DNA from: Eledone cirrhosa
Taxonomy: Eukaryota
DNA: 64,000 bases
Assembly: GCA_964016885.1 (NCBI GenBank)
Contig: OZ024740.1
Coordinates: 440,448,001 to 440,512,000 of the forward strand
Direction: 5' to 3'
This document shows positions 57,051-64,000 of the stretch, piece after piece. A model generated the notes under the pieces. That model made no database searches. It worked only from the letters and a program-made list of their open reading frames with translations, and was not told where the DNA came from. Made by a program: the position numbers and the translations under genes. Numbering within the stretch: position 1 is the stretch's first letter; each line of letters starts with the position of its first letter.

Positions 57051-59469
57051 ATTCGGCGTTCCACAAGTCCTTGGGCATCGCCTCTACATATGGTACTTAA
57101 ATCTTCTGGTGATTGGAGACCGACGGGTGACTACCGACGCTTAAACGCGATTACTGTGCCTGACCGTTATCCAATCCCGCATTTGCAGGATTTCGCTTCT
57201 TCATTACAAGGTTGCACAATTTTTTCTAAGCTCGATTTGATTCGTGCTTATAATCAGATTCCGGTTAAAAAGGAGGATATTCCGAAGACTGCTATTGCCA
57301 CTCCTTTTGGATCTTTCGAGTTCCTTACTATGTCTTTCGGACTTAGAAATGCTGCAAGTACCTTCCAACGATTCATGGATGATGTCACTCGAGGGCTCGA
57401 TTTTGTCTACACTTATATCGATGATGTACTGATTGCTAGTTCTTCTCCTGAGCAGCATTCAAAGCATCTGGATCTCGTATTTCGTCGTTTACAGAGATAT
57501 AATGTTCGTATTAATGCTTCCAAGTGTGTTTTCGGCTCGACTTCACTAACATTTTTAGGCCATCTGATTGACGCCGATGGTATTCGACCTCTTCCTGAGA
57601 AGGTTAAGGCAGTATCGGATTTGCCTCCGCCAAGTTCACTGCGACAATTGCGTCAATTCCTGGGCCTTGTAAATTTTTATAGGCGATTCGTACCTAATTG
57701 TTCCAACTTGCTGTTCTCGTTGACAGAAATTTTTAAGGGTTGCCGGCGCAAGAATATGGACATTTCCTTAAATAAAACGCAGCTTGAGGATTTTAAAAAA
57801 GTGAAAAAGGCGTTAGCGAGCGCGTCTTTGCTCGCCCACCCAGTACCCAACGCCGAGCTATCGCTCTGTGTTGATGCGTCGGATACCACCGTGGGCGCAG
57901 TCTTGCAACAGAAGTGCGATGGTTTACAACAACCACTGGAATTTTTTTCGAGAAAGCTAAAGCCTGCCGAAAATCGTTATAGTACTTTCGGGCGTGAGCT
58001 TTTAGCAATTTATTTACCTGTGAAACATTTCTCCCATGTTATGGACGGGAGAGCGTTCACTATTTTCACAGATCACAAACCGTTGATTTTCGCTTTAAGA
58101 TCAAAATCTGACAAATATTCGCCTAGGGAAACTAGACATCTGGATTTTGTTTCCCAATACACCAATGATATTCAACATATTCCGGGTGCTTTGAACACTG
58201 CGGCAGACGCCTTGTCTCGCCTCCCGATAGCTTCGATCTCGTCGTCTAACGATATAGATTTGCGTCAAATGGCCATTGACCAACCCTCGCTTGAATCATT
58301 GGATTGCACATGGCCAGAGTTTATTAACTGCAATATGAAACACCTTCCTTTATCAACCGCTGACGGACAGATACTTTGTGATATCTCGTTGGACTCACCA
58401 CGACCTCTCGTCCCAGTTGGTCATCGACGAACTGTATTTCTCGCTTTGCATGGCATTTCTCACCCAGAAGCTACAGCCTCGGTAAAACTCATAACAGCCA
58501 GATTTTTCTGGCCTGATATGAGACGTGACATTGCTGCTTGGTGCCGTTCCTGTGTCGCTTGCCAAAAGTCAAAAGTTCATAAGCACATTAAAACTCCTCT
58601 CGGAACTTTCACCTGTCCTGATGCCAGATTTCGTCACATTCATGTGGACATCGTCGGCCCGTGGCCGATTAGTCTTGGTTATTCGTATATTTTGACGATC
58701 GTTGACCGTTTTTCGCGTTGGCCTGAAGCCATCCCTATGACAGATATCACTGCTGAAACGACAGCGCGTACTCTCGTATCTGCATGGATCGCTCGTTTTG
58801 GAGTACCAACCACAATAACAACGGACCGCGGTCGTCAAATTGAATCGAACCTCTTCCGTGAATTAACACAAATTATTGGCGCTACTCGCATAAGAACCAC
58901 GGCATATCATCCAGCATCAAACGGAATGGTGGAAAGATTTCACAGACAGCTTAAAGTCTCTTTAAGGGCTTCAATGGACTCTTCACGTTGTAGTGAGTAC
59001 CTACCTATTGTGTTGTTAGGTATTCGGTCGACATAAAGGTGGACCTTGGGTTCTCCCCGGCCGAATTGATTTATGGTACTCCTCTTGCGTTACCGGGGCA
59101 AATGCTTGCTCCTGTTGATCTTGCTTCGCAGAATCCCGCTTCCTACGTGTCCCGGCTTCACTCTTACTTCCAGGATTTACCACCGATGGACATTAGGAAG
59201 CAAACTGTAAAAACTGCCGTCCCAAGGGATATTGCCTTGTGGACACATGTGTTCGTTAGAGACGACGCTGTGAGACCCCTCTCACACGGCCGTACTCTGG
59301 ACCCTATCGTGTGCTTGCTCGTACAGAGAAACATTTCACAGTGGACATTAGGGGGTCCAGGGAAACTATTTCCGTTGATCGCCTCAAACGAGCCAATCTG
59401 GACACTGACACAGTGACACTTGAACCACAAATGCCCCCTTCTTTTTCTTCGCCACATACACTTGTTTCT

Positions 59470-59505
<36 letters not shown>

Positions 59506-59592
59506 CCCCCAGCACCAACATACAGAAATACGACCCGTTCAGGTCGAAGGGTACATTGGCCCCGTAAGCTATGCAGTACTATAAACTTCTGA
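57051..59592 (+). pseudogene. pol: Gypsy pol: RT, RNase H, integrase (gag and protease missing; frameshifts near 59035 and 59275)
   Basis: [20 protein letters not shown]; DAS, ELLAI, TDHKPL, AADALSR; HHCC zinc finger; HVDIVGP/TDRG/NGMVER DDE core; PYSGPY motif. Domain order RT-RH-IN. Confidence 0.95.
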
Positions 59593-60053
59593 ATTGTATT
59601 CTTTTTTCTTGCAGTTATTTTTACTGTATATTGAATTTGTTGTTGCATTTTGTACCCTGACTGCCTTTGGTATTTTTAAGGCATATTATAATTTTTCATT
59701 GCATTTTGTAACCTTACTGCCTAAGGCATTTTCAATGCCTATCGTTTTTTTCATCGCATTTGGGACCCTTACTGCGAATGGTATTTTTAATGCATTTTGC
59801 ATTTATTGCTGCATGTGTATAATTATTGCATTTGTTGTATATGTTTTGTGTAATGCTTGCATGCATTAACCTATTTCACCTCTATATTGTTCGTTTTGAA
59901 ACCGGTTTCAACAACTTGTAAAGAGTACCTTGTAAGGCTTTGGCTTCATTGTTATATACTACAGGAATTTTTCTTGCACCAATTTACAACTTCTAGTTCC
60001 TCCATGCTATCGTTTGTTTTACGATTTTTATTAAAAATCTGGTCGGAGGTGAT

Positions 60054-60516
60054 TGTAGTAACTATGGCGACAGTGTGTTGACTATAGCAACGCAGTGTGG
60101 CCACCTGTGGGTAACACAAAAAAATAGCGAATTACTTCCCTTATCTCGGCGTTCTCTAAAAGAAGAGACGCCAATGTAAAACTCAAGAGATTTGGTTTAG
60201 AATTCCAGTCGCCTTTGTCCTGCCACGTGGACGTACTTTGTGAAAACGCCTGTTTTTGACCAAGAGATTTTCATATCTCTTCTTGAATGTAAGAATTAAG
60301 CCATTGCCGTTTAGCTTGCAGGGTATGTCCTATGAATGTAATTATTATGTCATGTTTTATTAAATGAATCATTTAATAAAAGATTAGCCTTGTTATCGTT
60401 AAAGCCCTTCTGTTTTAATTAATAATCTTAGAGAGATGAGATGTCGTTCACACACCTGGACGATTAGAGAGATGAGATGTCGTTCACACACCTGGACGAT
60501 ATAGCATTTTTCTTTA
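60054..60516 (+). repeat. 3' LTR of the Gypsy element (~463 bp)
   Basis: Starts TGTAGTAA after purine-rich GGAGGTGA; AATAAA near 60376; 36-bp internal tandem duplication at 60428/60464; ends in TA rather than CA before the TSD. Confidence 0.75.
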
Positions 60517-61235
60517 GGTCCATCATATCTGACATTCTCATCCTGTCCAAGATATCTGTAGTTGTCACCTGACTGTAGAGGTTGTATTGTCAGGCCGTTC
60601 ATCTTTAGATTTCTAGAGGAGGGCACAGCTCTTCCACGTTTTACTGCCAAATATGCACACTTGGACTCACCAAATTTCATTTTGATGTCTGTTGAAAATT
60701 GTGTAATGAGGTCCAATTGTTTCTTGATGTCATTGATATTTGGCCCATACAACTTCAGGTCATCAACAAAGAAAAGATGGGAGATACTTCTGGACCCACT
60801 TCTTTGTCCACCTTGTTTCCTGAGTCGGTAAGATAGTGGATTTAGTGAAAGAACGAAGAGTAGCACTGACAAGCTATCACCCTGAAAGATGCCCTTCTGG
60901 TAATGTATCTTTTCAGTCTTAACTTGCTCCTTCTCACCTCTAAGGATCAAATTGGTGTACCAGTTCTTGGTCAGGCGTTCAACAGCAGCTACCAATGGTT
61001 GTGGGACTTTGGCTAACTGTAAATCCTTAATAATCCACCCATGAGGTACACTATCAAATGCTTTTTGATAGTCCAGCCACAACCACAGTCATGTTTCTGC
61101 GATTTTTGTTGTTTTTTCCTAAATCATTTTATTAGTTAGTAGGTGATCTATGCAACCCCACACCTCCCTCTTTCCACCAGCTTGCTCAGGTGTTATGATG
61201 TTGTTGGTAGCACAGTGATCCTGTAAGAACAGGTT
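60517..61235 (-). pseudogene. R4/Dong-clade non-LTR retrotransposon, RT domain (5'-truncated)
   Basis: EQAGGK..WGCIDHLL; WLDYQKAFDSVPH; GIFQGDSLS.LLF; HLFFVDDLKLY; MKFGESKC; YRYLG. Stop and frameshift near 61085-61120; abuts (TATG)n. Confidence 0.92.
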
Positions 61236-61540
61236 ATGTATGTATACATATATGTGTGTATACATATATGTATGTATACATATATGTGAGTACACATATA
61301 TGTGTATACATATATGTATGTATACATATATATATACGTATACATATATGTGTACTTCAATATATGTGAGTACACATATATGTGAGTACACATACATGTC
61401 TGTATACATATATGTGTGTATACATATATGTGTGTATATATATGTGTGTGTATACATATATGTGTGTATCGATTTCCTGCTCACAACATTTCGGGTGAGA
61501 CTATCGCATAAATATACATATATATATATATATATATATA
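61236..61540. repeat. (TATG/TACA)n and (TA)n simple repeats
   Basis: Direct inspection. Confidence 0.9.
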
Positions 61541-61704
61541 CAATATATTAATTAATGGAAACTATATTTATAAAACCATAATTAAGTAGTTTCCATTTAT
61601 TAATATATTGTATATTTACTCCACTCAATCGTTGAGTGCTTTATATCAGTTATAAAAATGTTTAAGCTTGTTGAATGCCAACAAATTAAATATAACCTCT
61701 GCAC
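61539..61704 (+). mobile_element. Miniature PLE-type footprint: ~26-bp inverted arm + short sense arm + hairpin tail
   Basis: TACAATATATTAATTAATGGAAACTA (61539-64) is inverted at 61588-61612, followed by the tail shared with 53128-53216; flanked by TA/CA repeats. Confidence 0.6.
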
Positions 61705-61708
61705 ATAT

Positions 61709-61760
<52 letters not shown>

Positions 61761-62247
61761 GAATAAAGTTAGTCCTTCATCAGTGATCTTCCAACCTTCA
61801 TTGGTATTTCATCGCTTTAAAGGCCATATACCTCCGGTTGGTGCGAGCAACGGCTAAAGAAAGTCTTTGGGACACGTAAATAAGGGGAACGAGCGAGACT
61901 AAACAATCAAAGATTGTAATGCAACGAAAAGTGAGGAAGAAGGAGTCAAGTCCCAGAATTCTATGAATATAAGTTCTGTGAAATCGTGGACGAGAGAGAA
62001 TAAAGACCATCAAACCTAGTCGAAATGTGAGCAAGGAAAGAATTTCGCACAGGTCAAACGGGAGGAAGTAGTAGGAGAGAGAGTAGCAGAGAGTGAGTGA
62101 GTGAAGGGTGAGGAAGAGGGTAACAGCGAGAGTGACTGTTAGAGAGGGTAAAGGGAGGTGAATGATACAGAGAAAGAGGAAGCAGTAAGAATGAAAAAGA
62201 AGGGTCACAGCGGAGGAAAATATATGTGTGAATATGAAAACAAGACG

Positions 62248-62289
<42 letters not shown>

Positions 62290-62290
<1 letters not shown>

Positions 62291-62346
62291 TGAGATTCTA
62301 CAGGACTAGAACTGTTTCATTCTTTAGAAATCATCAGGAGTCTCAT
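62290..62346 (-). ncRNA. Solitary type I hammerhead ribozyme between (TA)n tracts
   Basis: Minus strand: ATGAGACTC CTGATGA TTTCTAAAGAAT GAAA CAG-TTCTAGTC-CTG TA GAATCTCAT. Stem I is 8/9 bp, the core is intact, and the cleavage triplet is GTA. Confidence 0.85.
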
Positions 62347-62670
62347 ATATATATATAGGGGGTCTATATATATATATAGTCTATATATATATATATATAG
62401 GGAGTGTAACTTGGAGTTACTGTAGGTGAGCACTCGATGTTTAGGTTCACTGCAGTGTCGAGGTGTAGAGCTAGACAGTGTATTATAGTGAAAAGATAAC
62501 AAGGACGATTGGTTACTCCGTCATTACATTTATTGGTTGGTGACATGCGTGTCGCCACTGATCAGCTCAAGGTTTGATCTGTATCGATCTAGCCTGACTC
62601 TGTAACCCGCGGCTCGTCAGACCCCTTGCAATGGTAATGGAAAACATGTTTTCATTACCATAGAAGTCAC

Positions 62671-62786
<116 letters not shown>

Positions 62787-62793
62787 TAAAATA

Positions 62794-62868
62794 ACAGATT
62801 AAAGTTTAAGCAAAGAATCGCTGCTTTCACCCTTAACGGATCTTCTGAAACTAACAAAGTCAATCTGT
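62794..62868 (-). ncRNA. Type I hammerhead-like motif with one core substitution (U4A)
   Basis: Minus strand: AGTTT CAGAAGA TCCGTTAAGGGT GAAA GCA-GCGATTCTT-TGC TT AAACT, with a distal stem I extension ACAGATT/AATCTGT. It sits where a pLTR hammerhead is expected. Confidence 0.6.
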
Positions 62869-62931
62869 AAACGCAGAAGTGGATATTTAAAAAAACGTTG
62901 CAACCGGAGGAAGACAGGAAGACGATACTTT

Positions 62932-63205
62932 GGTTCATAGAGACGTTCCCTGGCAAAGAACGGGAAAAAACGAATAATACGTCATTAATAGGAGCGGTGA
63001 AAAACAATTACGTGCAAAGACAGAACCACGTTTATGGTATAAAAGAGGTCGTAGACTAATGTTCTCTTAGGTGGTGCATAGAGACGTTCTCTGGCAATGA
63101 ACGGAAAAAACGAAGATAATACGTCATATGTGGAACGTCGAGAACAAAAGCACGCAAAGACAAAACCACGTAAATGGTATAACTGAAGTCGTAGACTAAA
63201 ATTCT
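62932..63205. repeat. Diverged 141-bp tandem duplication in the 3' UTR of the second PLE
   Basis: CATAGAGACGTTC.CTGGCAA at 62936 and 63077; AACCACGT..ATGGTATAA...GTCGTAGACTAA in both copies. Confidence 0.85.
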
Positions 63206-63791
63206 AACTAGGAGACCGAAAGAATTTTCTCCGCTACAGAGTTAAGAATAAAGTAAATAAAATACAATACAGAGGTAATAGAAATTAAATAAATACATAC
63301 ACGCATCCAAATACGTACATACACAAGCATACGCGAAAACACTTGCCATAGGTATACAAAACCACGCACATATAAATATGTGTGTGTGTGTGTGCGTATA
63401 TACAAATAAATAAATAAATAAATAAACGTATATAAATAAATAAATACGTATATAACAAGCTCACACACATACCTACATGTAAATACACAAATGTTCGGAT
63501 ACGACGTCAACCAAAACATGAAGTACACATATACACACACCCTACATACGTACGAACCAGCATACTCACACAGACGCAAAACTCCCGTATACACAAAAAC
63601 AAACCATATGTACCAGAATATATAAAATTATACGCCATAACATATACAATCAAATATACGTACGAGAAAGTATACGTACCTTCACAAAACATACAGGTAA
63701 TAATACTTACCTATACAAATAAGTAATGGTATAAACATAACATATACTTAGCTACCACATCAAGACGTAAAATATCCACGTATAGATCGGA

Positions 63792-63998
63792 CTATCCGTT
63801 AGGGTATAATGTGGGGCTGTAATACAGGAAAGTTTTGTGCAATCTATCTTTACAAGCCAAAATTGCCTCAGATTTTTTGTTTAAGATGTGGTCTGTGGCG
63901 TAGAGTATTTCCAGGGCCTCGGCGGCCAAGAGGTCACATGGTCTTTTATTTCCGTTATACGATCTAGCCCTAGCTAGGATCTCCCAGTGTAACTTATA
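63792..63998 (-). CDS. Partial ORF: C-terminus of a PLE GIY-YIG endonuclease (cut by the window edge; not in the ORF track)
   Basis: Manual translation YKLHWEILARARSYNGNKRPCDLLAAEALEILYATDHILNKKSEAILACKDRLHKTFLYYSPTLYPNG* aligns with YTLSWRCLTKAPPYSSLSRCCSLCLSESHALVFSGLNLLNRRSEILSSCPH. Confidence 0.8.
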   Translation of the reverse strand, partial: YKLHWEILARARSYNGNKRPCDLLAAEALEILYATDHILNKKSEAILACKDRLHKTFLYYSPTLYPNG

Positions 63999-64000
63999 TT

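Larger units (their letters stand above)
57044..60516 (+). mobile_element. Ty3/Gypsy LTR retrotransposon, internally deleted, nested in the R4 element with a GGTC target-site duplication
   Basis: GGTC at 57040-43 and 60517-20. The element starts with TGTAGTAA, identical to the start of the 3' LTR at 60054. Removing it restores the R4 frame [18 protein letters not shown]. Confidence 0.92.

Noticed and set aside
57204-59457. Short antisense and alternate-frame ORFs over pol (likewise over the PLE and R4 ORFs)
   Set aside because: Shadow frames of transposon coding sequence with no motifs of their own.
61798-62208. 136-aa hydrophobic minus-strand ORF
   Set aside because: It arises from GA-rich low-complexity sequence and has no recognisable domain.

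Overview
Eukaryotic, microsatellite-rich DNA, probably from an invertebrate (the taxon cannot be assigned from the sequence). Bases 1-46539 are one head-to-tail 46-bp satellite (~1,010 monomers; consensus CAACTAGTAACGACACCATACTACACTACTTCACCTTTCTCAGTCT) with kb-scale higher-order duplications and layered variants. The remaining 17.5 kb is a nest of retroelements in (TA)n/(TATG)n tracts. It holds two Penelope-like elements (PLEs) with Naiad-type GIY-YIG endonuclease C-termini; one is at the right edge and missing from the ORF track. It also holds several non-coding PLE-dependent (retrozyme-like) elements with partial-tandem and inverted arms, and a 5'-truncated R4/Dong-clade non-LTR element split by an internally deleted Gypsy element. 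I found five distinct type I hammerhead ribozyme families by eye (seven copies). Unrelated elements share one end signature: one arm stops at an AT-rich motif just before a T(G/A)CTC...GAG(C/T) hairpin, while the opposite arm runs through it. This suggests a common cis signal used by a PLE enzyme to mobilise ribozyme-bearing RNAs into (TA)n. No intact host gene is evident. All folds and alignments were done by eye.
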